64,000 nucleotides of DNA, from positions 864,001-928,000 of the forward strand of contig CP181291.1 in NCBI GenBank assembly GCA_052279835.1. Direction: 5' to 3'. How positions within the stretch are numbered: position 1 is the first letter of the stretch; the number at the start of each line of letters is the position of its first letter. This document shows positions 28,247 to 40,300 of the stretch, one piece after another. The notes below the pieces were generated by a model that saw only the letters and a program-made list of their open reading frames with translations, made no database searches and was not told the origin of the DNA. This stretch comes from Microcoleus sp. (GTDB lineage Bacteria > Cyanobacteriota > Cyanobacteriia > Cyanobacteriales > Microcoleaceae). A program made the translations under genes and the position numbers.

Positions 28247-28350
28247 CAGGAAATAGGGTTTAAAACCCCGTCATTCTAGGACTGCTTTATATCTACTGGA
28301 GACTTGATTCTTAGTCCGCGACGCAGCGCAAGCTGTCGGAGTATTGTCAC
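28247..28350 (+). mobile_element. Degenerate IS200/IS605 mini-element remnant
   Basis: CAGGAAATAGGGTTTAAAACCCCGTCATTCTAGGACTGCTTT resembles the left end at 12747; possible right end ..CGGAGTATTGTCAC. Confidence 0.55.
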
Positions 28351-28541
28351 GTCTATGGGTGCGATCGACAACATCCATCAATGTCTGGAAATGGGAGATA
28401 TTTTGTTGACAAAATGCAATTAGTATAGTAGGCAAGTTCAAAAAGATGGGGAAACTCATCTCGATCGCCCAATCCCCCTGTCGGAAACAAAAGGTTACAA
28501 TCAAAAATACACTCTGATTCCATAACATTACTGTTTATAGT

Positions 28542-30329
28542 TTGAACTTCTCAGTGCCCAATAACCATACCTCAACTCAATCCTTTCAATTTGACTCCAT
28601 CGACAGCGCCCTCGCAGACCTCAAAGCAGGTCGCGCCCTGGTAGTAGTCGATGACGAAAACCGCGAAAACGAAGGCGATGTCATTTGTGCAGCCCAATTC
28701 GCCACCCCAGACCATATCAATTTCATGGCAGTGAACGCACGGGGTTTGATTTGTCTGGCCTTGACGGGCGATCGACTCGATCGCCTGGAACTGCCCCTGA
28801 TGGTCAGCAAAAATACTGACAATAACCAAACCGCATTTACCGTCAGCATCGATGCAGTCAACGGCGTTAGTACCGGCATCTCCGCCGAAGACAGAGCTCG
28901 CACTATCCAAGTAGCCATTCACCCCGACACCAAACCTCAAGATTTGCGTCGTCCCGGTCATATTTTCCCCCTGCGGGCGATCGATGGTGGTGTCCTCAAA
29001 CGCGCCGGCCACACCGAAGCCTCCGTTGACCTCGCTAGACTCGCAGGCCTCTACCCCAGCGGTGTCATCTGCGAAATTCAAAACCCCGACGGTTCCATGG
29101 CGAGGTTGCCAGAATTAATTGAGTATGCTAAAACCCATAACCTGAAAATCATCAGCATTGCTGATTTAATTAGCTACCGACTGAAGCACGATCGATTTGT
29201 CCGCCGCGAAACCGTCGCCAAATTGCCAACTCAATTCGGCGAGTTTATGATTTACGCCTACCGCGACACTCAAGACAACTCCGAACACGTTGCCGTTGTC
29301 AAGGGCGATCCAGCAGAATTTAAAGACAAACCCGTGATGGTGCGGGTGCATTCCGAATGCCTGACCGGCGATGCCTTGGGTTCCCTGCGCTGTGACTGCC
29401 GAATGCAACTGCAAGCCGCACTGAAAATGATTGAAAATGCGGGTTCTGGCATCGTAGTTTACTTGCGCCAAGAAGGTAGGGGCATTGGACTGGTGAATAA
29501 ACTCAAAGCTTACTCGCTACAAGATATCGGGTTTGATACCGTAGAAGCCAACGAGCGCTTGGGTTTTGCTGCCGACTTGCGGAACTACGGCGTGGGAGCA
29601 CAAATGCTCAATGACTTGGGAGTTCAAAAAATCCGGTTAATTACCAATAACCCACGAAAAATAGCAGGTTTGAAAGGTTATGGCATAGAAGTAGTCGATC
29701 GCCTTCCCCTATTAATTGAAGCCACAGATTATAACTCTATCTATCTGGCAACAAAAGCTGAAAAACTAGGTCATATGCTATTGCAAACTTATCTAGTCAC
29801 AGTGGCAATTCAGTGGGACGAAACCAAGGAAGAAGGCAGAGGGAAGAAGGAAGAAGGCCCTTCGACTACGCGAACGGCACCTGGAGGGAAGAAGCAGGAA
29901 GGAGAAGAAGCTTTAATTCCAGGACTGCAATCTCGAATTGCCAGGAGGTACGAACACCTGGCAAAACTGCGACATCTGGCGGCAAATCGGGATTTATTGC
30001 TGCAAGAAGAAGCGCGCCCCGTGGGGATAGCCCTGTTTGGAGAAGGTTCCTTAATCTTTCACCTCGGCTTCGACCAAGCTGGACTCGCGGCCACCGACTG
30101 GTACAAAGAACCAAGTCACCCTTATGTCAAGGCGATCGCCCAAATTCTCAGCGAAATCAGCACCTGGGAAGACTTGCAAACATTAGAATTCATGGTTTCC
30201 TCCGGTTCCGATCCGCTCAAAATCCTGCAAGTCCAGCTCGATCGGGAGACATTCCCTTGGTCAGAATTAGTCGGAATTTGCGATCGGCTCAAACCTCAAA
30301 AAATTTACAGTTTTGCCCCTGTTCCCTGA
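28542..30329 (+). CDS. ribBA: Bifunctional DHBP synthase / GTP cyclohydrolase II
   Basis: DDENRENEGD, RAGHTEA, RVHSECLTGD..SLRCDC, QEGRGIG; start uncertain. Confidence 0.95.
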   Translation: MNFSVPNNHTSTQSFQFDSIDSALADLKAGRALVVVDDENRENEGDVICAAQFATPDHINFMAVNARGLICLALTGDRLDRLELPLMVSKNTDNNQTAFTVSIDAVNGVSTGISAEDRARTIQVAIHPDTKPQDLRRPGHIFPLRAIDGGVLKRAGHTEASVDLARLAGLYPSGVICEIQNPDGSMARLPELIEYAKTHNLKIISIADLISYRLKHDRFVRRETVAKLPTQFGEFMIYAYRDTQDNSEHVAVVKGDPAEFKDKPVMVRVHSECLTGDALGSLRCDCRMQLQAALKMIENAGSGIVVYLRQEGRGIGLVNKLKAYSLQDIGFDTVEANERLGFAADLRNYGVGAQMLNDLGVQKIRLITNNPRKIAGLKGYGIEVVDRLPLLIEATDYNSIYLATKAEKLGHMLLQTYLVTVAIQWDETKEEGRGKKEEGPSTTRTAPGGKKQEGEEALIPGLQSRIARRYEHLAKLRHLAANRDLLLQEEARPVGIALFGEGSLIFHLGFDQAGLAATDWYKEPSHPYVKAIAQILSEISTWEDLQTLEFMVSSGSDPLKILQVQLDRETFPWSELVGICDRLKPQKIYSFAPVP

Positions 30330-30480
30330 ACCGAGAATGTAGAATGAAACTCCCCTCCCGCCCAGGGGAGCTAGTACCTAGCTAGCGATTAAATAGACAA
30401 GGTGGTACACTTGTAGACAAATCTTTGTATAGCAGAATCTAGGCAAAAATCCAGCAAAAATAAGTGTAAGTTCCAGAATA

Positions 30481-31983
30481 ATGCTAGTTGATGCCAGCAT
30501 ATTCCTGGTGTCAAAAAACAGCAGACCAGACTACTTATCGCTAATGGAAATGAACGTTGGTGACTTTCTCAATCGGCTCGACCTCAGAGGACAGGCCCTC
30601 AAAGGCATCAACCTCAGCGGTGCAGAACTCAAAGGAGCAAACCTCAGAGGAACTGACCTCAGAGAAACCAACCTCAGCGATGCTATTCTGAGGTATGCAG
30701 ACCTGATAGAAGCCGACCTCACCCTTGCCAATCTCAGGGGGGCCGATTTAGCAGAATCATTTCTTAATTTAGCCAACCTCACCAAAGCCGACTTGACTGG
30801 TGCGGTGCTTAGAGAAGCTACTCTCGTAGGAGCTGAACTGTTGGGAGCCAACCTCCAACAAGCAAGTTTAATTAAAGCCAATTTAGTTGGAGCGAATCTC
30901 CAAGAAGCAAACTTCACCAGAGCCAACCTCAGTGGGGCAGATTTGCGCGGTGCCCAGTTGATCGACACAATTTTAGACAAAGCTGTCTACAACAATCGGA
31001 CAGTATTTCCCTACGATATTGACCCCGGTGCAATGGGAGCATTTTTACTAGCCCCCAATGCTTCACTCCCAGGCTTAAATCTGTCGATGGTAGATTTAAC
31101 TGGAGTTGATTTAAAAGGCTCGGATTTGCGCCGGACAAACCTGTGCCAAGCTATATTATTTGGAGCCAAACTGGAGCGCGCCAACTTAACAGGAGCCAAC
31201 CTCAGCGGAGCCGACTTGAGAGAAGCTAATTTGAATGGCGCGATTTTGGAAAAAGCTGTTTATAGCAACAAAACATTGTTTTCAGAAGGTATTGACCCCA
31301 GGATTGCCGGCGCTTATTTAATTGCTCCCAATGTATCGCTACAAGGTTTAAATTTGACCGGAGCCGACTTGAACGGATTGGATTTAAGCGGAGCTAATTT
31401 GAGCGGAACCAACTTAAGTTCAGTCAACCTCAAAAATGTAGACCTCAGCAGAGCTAGCCTGAAAAAAGCTTACCTCAAAGGTGCCAACTTGGAGGGAACC
31501 GATTTGAGAGGAGCAGATTTAAGCGGCGCAATTTTGCACGAAGTAAACTTGAGGTCAGCAGACCTCCGAGGTGTAGACTTAACTAGGGCTGACCTCAGCG
31601 GTGCTAATTTGAGCGATGCCGATTTGAGGGAGACAGATTTAACCGGGGCGACTTTGTTGTTTGCTAATTTAAGCGGAGCCGACTTGAGAGGTGTAGACTT
31701 GACAAAAGCCGATCTCAGTGGCGCTAAGTTGAACGAAGCCGACCTGAGAAAAGCAGATTTAGTGAGGGTAAATTTAGAAGGAGCCGATTTAACTGAGGTA
31801 GATTTGAGCGATGCTCATTTATTTCGGGTTAATCTCAAAGGTGCTAATCTAAAAGGGGCAAACCTGAAAGGGGCAAATTTTAAGGTAGTATTTTTAACTG
31901 ATGCTCATTTGAGCGAAACGGATTTGACTGATGTCGAGCTGAGTTCGAGTTTTTTTGAACTGCCATGGGAATCAGAAGAGTAA
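30481..31983 (+). CDS. Pentapeptide-repeat protein (start may be ATG 30544)
   Basis: Extensive A(D/N)LxG repeats with two KAVY..T.F..IDP inserts. Confidence 0.92.
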   Translation: MLVDASIFLVSKNSRPDYLSLMEMNVGDFLNRLDLRGQALKGINLSGAELKGANLRGTDLRETNLSDAILRYADLIEADLTLANLRGADLAESFLNLANLTKADLTGAVLREATLVGAELLGANLQQASLIKANLVGANLQEANFTRANLSGADLRGAQLIDTILDKAVYNNRTVFPYDIDPGAMGAFLLAPNASLPGLNLSMVDLTGVDLKGSDLRRTNLCQAILFGAKLERANLTGANLSGADLREANLNGAILEKAVYSNKTLFSEGIDPRIAGAYLIAPNVSLQGLNLTGADLNGLDLSGANLSGTNLSSVNLKNVDLSRASLKKAYLKGANLEGTDLRGADLSGAILHEVNLRSADLRGVDLTRADLSGANLSDADLRETDLTGATLLFANLSGADLRGVDLTKADLSGAKLNEADLRKADLVRVNLEGADLTEVDLSDAHLFRVNLKGANLKGANLKGANFKVVFLTDAHLSETDLTDVELSSSFFELPWESEE

Positions 31984-32142
31984 TTAGTCATTAGTCAGCA
32001 GTCATTAGTCAGCAGTCATTAGTGATTGCTAGCAACTAACAACTAATAACTGTAAGATAAAGAGTGCGGATAAATAAAATCAGCTAATGACTAATGACCA
32101 ATAACTAATGACTACTGACCAATAACTAATGACTAATGACTA

Positions 32143-33879
32143 ATGACTACTGACAAACCTTTAGGCTCTGTTATTCAAGGTTCCCTCAGCAAGGGATTAG
32201 AAGTGCGACTGCACGCCGATGTTTCGGTAGAAGATATGAGAGTGGGGAAATTTTTAGTAGTGCGCGGGGTCCGATCGCACTTTTTCTGTATGCTTACCGA
32301 TGTGTCTCTGGGAACATCCAGCGATCGCATTTTATCAAATCCTCCCAACCCCAACGACGATTTTATGATTGCAGTGCTCGCAGGTAGCAGCACCTACGGT
32401 ACAATTGAACTAGCACCGATGTTGATGCTGACTGCGGAACGAGAAAAACAGCAGGCAATTTTCAATCCGAACACCAGCAAAACTAACGGTAAAAAATCCA
32501 GCGCCGAAAACTTAGCTTCTCTACAACCACAAAGCAGCGCCGACATTGAACTATTGCCCGTTAAAACCATTCCCAGCCACTTTTCCCAGGTATTTGATGC
32601 CAAAGAAACCGACTTTCGGGCTGTTTTTGGCTGGGAAGATGACCCGTACCGCCGCAATTTTGCGATCGGCAAACCCATTGACATGGACGTTCCTGTATGC
32701 TTAGATTTAGATAGATTTGTCGAACGCAGTAACGGAATTTTTGGCAAATCTGGAACGGGCAAATCTTTTCTCACGCGGTTGTTATTGTCGGGAATTATTC
32801 GCAAACAAGCTGCGGTTAATTTAATTTTTGATATGCACTCGGAGTACGGCTGGGAAGCGGTTTCGGAAGGGAAACAATTTAGCACTGTTAAAGGTTTACG
32901 GCAGTTATTTCCCAGTCAAATTCAGATTTATACCCTCGATCCAGCATCGACAAAACGCCGAGGTGTCCGCGACGCTCAAGAATTGTTTCTGAGTTTTGAC
33001 CAAATAGAAGTGGAAGACATAGCACTGGTGCAGCGGGAGTTAAATCTGTCGGAAGCTAGTATCGAAAATGCGATTATTTTGCGAAACGAGTTGGGCAGTG
33101 GTTGGATCAATAAGTTGCTGGAAATGAGCAATGAAGATATTTCCATGTTTTGCGAAGAAAAGCGGGGAAATAAGTCTTCGATTATGGCTTTGCAGCGAAA
33201 ACTAGAGCGATTAAACGATTTAAAATACATTCGCAAACGCTGTCCCAAAAATTATGTAACTGAAGTTTTGCAGTGTTTGGATGGTGGCAAAAATGTGGTA
33301 ATTGAGTTTGGTTCGCACTCGGATTTGCTGTCTTATATGTTAGCAGCAAATGTGATTACTCGCCGCATTCACCAAGCTTATGTGCGGAAAGCTGAGAAGT
33401 TTTTGCAGAGTAAGAATCCGTGCGATCGCCCGCAGCCGTTAGTGATTACGATTGAGGAAGCTCACCGTTTTCTCGATCCGGCGATCGTGCGATCGACTAT
33501 TTTCGGTACGATCGCCCGTGAAATGCGAAAATACTTCGTAACTCTGTTAATTGTAGACCAACGCCCCTCCGGTATCGATGGCGAAGTCATGTCGCAAGTG
33601 GGCACTCGCATCACAGCCTTGCTAAACGATGATAAGGACATTGATGCTATTTTTACTGGTGTTTCAGGTGGCCAAAGTTTGCGATCGGTTTTGGCAAAAC
33701 TGGACTCGAAGCAGCAAGCATTAGTTTTAGGGCACGCTGTACCGATGCCGGTGGTTGTACAAACTCGTGCTTATGACGAACAATTTTATCGGGAAATTGG
33801 TGATATTGATTGGCAAGAAATGCCTGATGCAGAGGTGTTTGCAGAGGCTGAAGCTGCTAAGATGGATCTGGGGTTTTAG
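32143..33879 (+). CDS. HerA/DUF87-like FtsK-family ATPase
   Basis: N-terminal HAS-barrel-like region, GKSGTGKS, FDMHSEY, IEEAH, REMRKY, DQRPS. Confidence 0.85.
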   Translation: MTTDKPLGSVIQGSLSKGLEVRLHADVSVEDMRVGKFLVVRGVRSHFFCMLTDVSLGTSSDRILSNPPNPNDDFMIAVLAGSSTYGTIELAPMLMLTAEREKQQAIFNPNTSKTNGKKSSAENLASLQPQSSADIELLPVKTIPSHFSQVFDAKETDFRAVFGWEDDPYRRNFAIGKPIDMDVPVCLDLDRFVERSNGIFGKSGTGKSFLTRLLLSGIIRKQAAVNLIFDMHSEYGWEAVSEGKQFSTVKGLRQLFPSQIQIYTLDPASTKRRGVRDAQELFLSFDQIEVEDIALVQRELNLSEASIENAIILRNELGSGWINKLLEMSNEDISMFCEEKRGNKSSIMALQRKLERLNDLKYIRKRCPKNYVTEVLQCLDGGKNVVIEFGSHSDLLSYMLAANVITRRIHQAYVRKAEKFLQSKNPCDRPQPLVITIEEAHRFLDPAIVRSTIFGTIAREMRKYFVTLLIVDQRPSGIDGEVMSQVGTRITALLNDDKDIDAIFTGVSGGQSLRSVLAKLDSKQQALVLGHAVPMPVVVQTRAYDEQFYREIGDIDWQEMPDAEVFAEAEAAKMDLGF

Positions 33880-34311
33880 TTGGGATGGGCGATCGCACCT
33901 TTGAAATTGTAGGGTGCGTCAGCCCCCAGCGTTTCCCTTGTATAATAAGCGATCGAGCTGACTTCGTTAGTGGTTTAAATGCGTAAGAGCTAACTCATTT
34001 CGACATCGAAGGAATTCCAGAGCTAGAGGAAACGGGCGATCGGGAAGCGACGTGGCGGTGGATGAGTTAATTTAAGTATTTTCCAACATGATTGAAGTAT
34101 TTTCCTACGTGAAAACAGTTATTTTCATAAAGATTTAGCATAAGTTAAATAACTCTCAGTAAATATACATAGATTTAACTGACTAGCAACAGTCTAAAAA
34201 ACTCAAAAATTCTGTATTTTCACTAATTTGTTTAAAATCGAATTCAACCTATTATAAAAATTATTAACCGCTAGATAATGAATTAAAAATAAATTAACCA
34301 TCAAATCAGGA

Positions 34312-37300
34312 GTGTCCAGAGTGCCTTTAACAGACCCGATTGGAGAACCTTTAATAGAAGAACTGGAATCCTTAATTCCCGGACTAGCCCCGACAAAGCC
34401 CGCGCTCCTGCCGGGAATTAAAACCTCAAAACCTTTCTTATATCAAACTCCGGGCGAATCCGAAAACTCCGAACAACCTAACTTAATAGAAACCGCTTCG
34501 CAGCCCAAAGACGAATTTAGTCCAGCAAATGCTGATGCTTTGATTATTAATAAAGCCTCCGTTCTTAACAGCATACCTTCTGCTCAAACCAGCGATCCCA
34601 AAACTAACAGCTACTCCAGGGATGCAACAACTTCTGAAATTGACCCCCTAATTGGTAAACTCGACTCGGATTTAGGAGACCCCCTGACCAACCCGAATCG
34701 AATAATCTCACCCGTTGTAACTACATCCACAACGAGCGAAAAAGCTGCTCCCAAAACACCATTACCCGCAACCGCTGAAACAAGTTCAAAACCCGAAGAT
34801 CAAAAAACATCCTTACCGTCAGAGGCTATACTTAAAAGTGATTTAGAACCGAACAAAACAGCACCTGCAACTGTATTACCGACTGATAAACTAGAACCGA
34901 ACAAAACAGTACCCGCAACTGTATCACCGACTGATAAACTAGAACCAAATAAAACAGTACCTGTTTACCAAAACTGATGACAAGATAGATTCCGAAAAAC
35001 AATCGCCAACAGTCGATGCAATAGCGACCGAAAAACCCACTTCAAATTCTCAACAACCAACAACACAGCCCGCAACAGCCCCATTAATTCGGGCCACATC
35101 TAACCCAGTTTCACCTGACGTTAATATCAGAGAAGAAGTCAAATCAACAGATTTAAAAAATCCAGTACAAACCGCTACTCAATCTTTAACTGACAAACAG
35201 AATGATACAGGAAAACTTGACCCATTAAAAACCGAACCTGCTGCAACACCAAAAACAGCAGCCAGTGAAAATGTAGCGGTGACGACAGCAACAGCAGCAG
35301 TTAAAACCCCAGAAAAAACTCCGAACAATACTGACTCACTTTCGGAAATTAAACAGCCAGTTAAAACAGAATCTATTGTCAGTCTATCAGCAGATGCTGA
35401 ATTAATCAAAACCGACACAACTGTAACTGCAAGCATTTCTAAACCTCCCGCAGAAACAGAGTCAATTATCGCTCCAATTGCAGAAAATTCTCCTGCAAAA
35501 ACAGACTTACTCAGCTCTAATGTGGGCGAACAATCACCAAAAGAAACCCACTCCAATGTTTATACCACAGCCGAAGAATTGCCCACAAAAAACGAGTCGA
35601 TTATTACCGCAGAAATCAATTCTGGCACGGTGGTTCTGGACATCCCGGTCGCTGAAATAACAGGAGAACTTGAAACCGAACAATTGCCAACAAAAACCGA
35701 TTTGCTAAAACCAGCAGAATTCACTGCTGATACAATCGAACGGGACATCGTTGTTTCCTTCACAGCAGCCGAATTAGAAACCGAGAAAACCCCGGCAGTT
35801 GCTGTTAATTTTCTCGAACCAGAACCGCTAATTTCCAACTCAAATTATAGCGTAAAAACTGAACAGCGTACTGGCGACTTTCAAAGCAATACAAATTCCC
35901 CAACAAATCTATCAATAACAGCAGCAGCCAACTCACCCAGTGGGACTTTCCTTGTCGATAACCAAGGAAAAGTCAAATTTGACTATGTATTTGACGGCGG
36001 CTACTTTCAAGGCGAAGTCGGCATTTTCAGCCTAGCCGGAATGTCCGCATTCACACCCGGAACTCCAGAATTCATCGCCGAAGCATCCCGTAGAGTTTTA
36101 AGCAATTCCACCGACGGACATATTGTCATCAGCGACAGTACAGAATCCGCAAAATTCACCGGTGCGATGCCCTTCGACGGGGATTGGGGCAGCGGCGAAT
36201 ATCAGGGTATCAAAACTTTCTCCATGCTACCAGGCGACACCTTTGCCGTCATGTTAGTCCCCAACGCTACAATACAATCATCCTTCCAATCCTCATATTC
36301 GGGAAATTGGTTCCCCGAAAACCGCCCCTTATTTAGTATCGCCACAGCCAATCCCAACGATACCGCTCATCTGCTACAAATAGCCGACATTACCGGCACC
36401 GGCAACACCTTCGCCCTGGAAGATATGTCGCCTCCTAACTCGGACAGAGATTACAATGACCTAATCTTTAAAATTAGTGGCGCAACAGGAAACGCACCGC
36501 TGCTAGATACAGTCATCAACCCTGACCGAGAATGGCGCAATACTCCCCTAGGACAACAATTGCTCGCCGAAGCCAATCCCCCGAATTCTGACAACAATCC
36601 GCCCCTTGTTTCACCGACAAGCGCTCGGACTTACACAGAATTAGAGACAACTATTTCATTAGACAATCTTGCCACAGATGCAGAGGGCGACCCTCTCACA
36701 ATTAGCGTCCAGGGTCCAGTAAACGGCACAGTAATTTTCAATCCCTTAACTAACAAAGCATCGTTTAAACCAGCAACCGTTTTCTCTGGAATTGCCAGCT
36801 TTGATTTCCTTGCCAGCGACGCTTTTGGGAGTTCAACGCCCGCGCGGGTGACAGTCAACGTCAGCGACGTTCCCCTGCTGAATCTAGATTTTGTGAAGCG
36901 AAATCTCAGCCTCAATGCAGGAGAAAATACGGAATTAGTTGTGCTCGGAGATTTTGCCGACCAAAAAGGTGTAGTGCTGCCAGATTCTTATTTAACTTAC
37001 ACTTCATTCAATCCAGAAGTAGCACCAATTGATCCAACGGGGAAAGTGACAGGTTTGGTCAACGGCACTTCAATTTTGAGTGCAAGTCGAAACAACTTGC
37101 AAGCAGTCACCCCAATCCGAATTGGGACGATGCCAGCACCGACAACAGACGCTCAACTGCATCAGATACTAGCCGAAATGTACGGACTAGACCCCTACCC
37201 AGATGCCGTTTCCCTGACACCAGGTGCAACGCGGAAACTGTCCCTCGGCTTAAACTCCAACTTCACCGAAGCTAACTTAACCGCAGCCAGCACAGGTACG

Positions 37301-40300
37301 CGCTACTTTAGCAACAACAGCAACATCCTAAACGTAAGTTCCGACGGCACTATTACAGCAGTCGGCATCGGCGATGGCACCGTTACGGCCATTCACGGCA
37401 CCGCCTCCGCCACCATTCCAGTTCGAGTCGAAGCACCGAAAATCGGCACAACAGCCTTGGGAACCGACGGTGGCATCATCAACTCAAGCGACGGAACCCT
37501 AGCAGTCATGATACCTCCGGGCGCTCTCAAACAGAATGCAACCGTCAGCATTGCCCCAGTCAACCAACAAAACTTGTCCCTACCACTACCACCGGGATTT
37601 GAATTTGCAGGAGCCTTCAACTTAAACTTTAGCGATAACTCCCTGAATATACCCGCCCAGTTAGCAGTACCAGCACCCGCCGGATTAGCACCTGGAACTG
37701 TAGCATACTTCCTGCGAAAAGGAGCAATTCCTGACGCAACCGGCACTTGGAATCCGATTTGGCTGCAAGAAGAATCAGGCATAGTCGGAGATGACGGCAA
37801 CATTCGCACCCAGTCTCCTCCTTATCCAGGTGTCGTCAGACCGGGCGAATACGCAGTAGTCTACGCCAGTCCGACAGGCAGCGCCACCTTAGTCAAAGGT
37901 CAGCTTACCCTCAACTACAACTTCCCCCTAGCATTTTTTGGCATCATTGACCCCCTGGGAAATATCGGTCAGTTAATCGACCCGGACAAATTCGTTACCA
38001 CCCCAGCCTTTACAGTAACTCGCGACATATCTTCAGTACAGGTAGTAGCAATCCCCAAGGTGGGACTTCCCGTGGTAACAGAGGTGGGCGTGCAGCGAAA
38101 CGACGACGGTACTGCAACATTTAAGGCAGCTTTGAATATGCCGGCCCCAACTACCTCTGACCCCACAACCCCTCCTGTCCTCCAAAAGGCTGAATTGAAA
38201 TTCAAGGATGAGAACAACAAGCAATTTGAGAACAATGAGCCCCTCTTATTTCTGACAGGGGGCAACATTCTGGTCAACAACGCCAGCGACTCCAAAGGCA
38301 GTAAGTTTGAAGATTTGACAGTTAAATTCTATGCAGGTAACTCTATGTATGAGGGGACTGTAGTACCGACACGCAGCCGCTCTCTTGGAGGCAATCAGTA
38401 TGAAGTAGCAGTTAAAGTGCCTGATACAGTAGTGCTAGGCGCTTCAGGCGTCGTGCTGGAGAGGAAGCAGAACCAGATCGTCGAGCAAAAAGGCGTTACA
38501 CCAGTATACAAAGAAATCCAGTACAACAGCAATCCAATTCGGCTGCCACAGGGGGCAGAGTACGTCTTTGCAGCCTTGGGCGGTTCTGACCGAGTAGCGG
38601 TTCTCAACGGTAAAAACCCCGAATCAGTGGTTAATACTACAAACAGCAAGGACTTGCTGTTGGCTCAAATTCCTGTGGGAACTAGCGGTGTCACAGATTG
38701 GGCAGAATCAACAGCCGTGACTAGCGACGGAAATCGCGTTTACGCAACCTTGAGGAATTCAGGTCAAGTGGCATTGGTCGATCCAATGGTACTGCGACAG
38801 GTAGATACTGTGCCAAATACTTCAGGCGTCAATCCCATTGTCCTGCCGGCGGGCGCTAGACCCAAGTCAATAGTCATCAGTCCTAGAGACGATTATGCTT
38901 ACATTGGCGACTTGAATCAAGCGAAAATTTACGTCCTTGACATCAACCCTAACTCGGCAACTTATCACAAAGTAGTTGAGACTATTAACGTCACTTCACC
39001 ATTAGGATTGAGTCAGTTGGCAATTAGTAGTGACGGGCGGCGGCTGTTCGGCACGGGTTCTGATAATAATGAGCAAGTGCCTAATCGTCGGATTTATGCA
39101 ATCAATATTGACTCGAAGGATCGACCGAAGGATGAAGATTCTAATCCTCGTAAGTGGCATCAACAAATCGGAGTTATTTCTACTATTTCGGAGACCGAGG
39201 GAATAGCAGCTACGAATGAGCCGACGAAAATGGTGTTCACGAACGGATTGAATCGAAGTAATCCTGACCAGAATAATGACGCGCCTGGTTTTGGGGTGTT
39301 GGAAATTACTTCGGACGATCCTCTTAACTTTACTGCTTCTGTGAGTTATGCCCCTTTAAGTTTGGGTTTTCCTACTGATTATTTTGATGTGAATGAGGGG
39401 GTATCTGTCACTGTAACGCGGGATGGGCGGTATGGGTTTGTGGCTGGTCGCAATTCTGCAAGTCTTGGCCCTTCTGCAGATGTACGTTCTGGGGGAAATA
39501 TTGGGATTATTAAAGACCCCTTGGGGCCAAATCCTCAATTAATCGGTGCTACCAGACCGATTCCAGAGGCTCTTACTAACGATTTAGTGCTTTCAAATGA
39601 CAACAAATACCTTTATGGCTCTTATCCTTCTCTGACTGGTAGCGGGAGCGTTTATGCTTTCGATGTTGAGGAAATGATTAAAACTCTGGACAATCCCGGT
39701 CAATTCAAAATTGATAGTCTTGACAGGGGTGTTAAGTCTCCTTTCTTCAATGCTACTACGGCGAGGTCTGTGACTGCTGCTGATTTCACAAGGGTTCCTA
39801 TTGATGATATAAATCCGGCGGTTAGTATTGCTGCTGACTATGGGATTCTTCAGGAGAATCGACCTGCTAATCAGTTTACTTATGGGGTGCCGTTGGGTAC
39901 AACACGCGCACCAGTCGGTACTGGAGGCAATTTACGGGATTTGAGTTCTGCACCGACTGATTGGCTGAATTTGAAGGGGCCTGGTGCAACTACAAATGAC
40001 CTGACTCCGACTTTTCAATGGCAGTTTGCTCCGGGTTGGGAGGATGTGAAAGAGGTCAATCTTTTTGTCAGTACCTTCGAGCAAGGGAAGGGTTTGTTGC
40101 CTTGGGATAAAGTTGTCGATTTATCAGATTCGGCACTCCTTCCCGGATTCTCGGAAACACAAAAGCGTCAACTTCTTTCCAAGCCTTGGAACGGTTATGA
40201 CGATTTCAATCCCAACCGGATTCTGACAGCGACTTGGAAGAAAGATACTGGTAAGTGGTACGGTCATGACGGGATTACGCCTCTTGACCAACCTTTAAAT

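Noticed and set aside
32143..33879. HerA-based anti-phage system
   Set aside because: No adjacent SIR2, NurA or nuclease partner; looks like the common stand-alone cyanobacterial HerA-like gene
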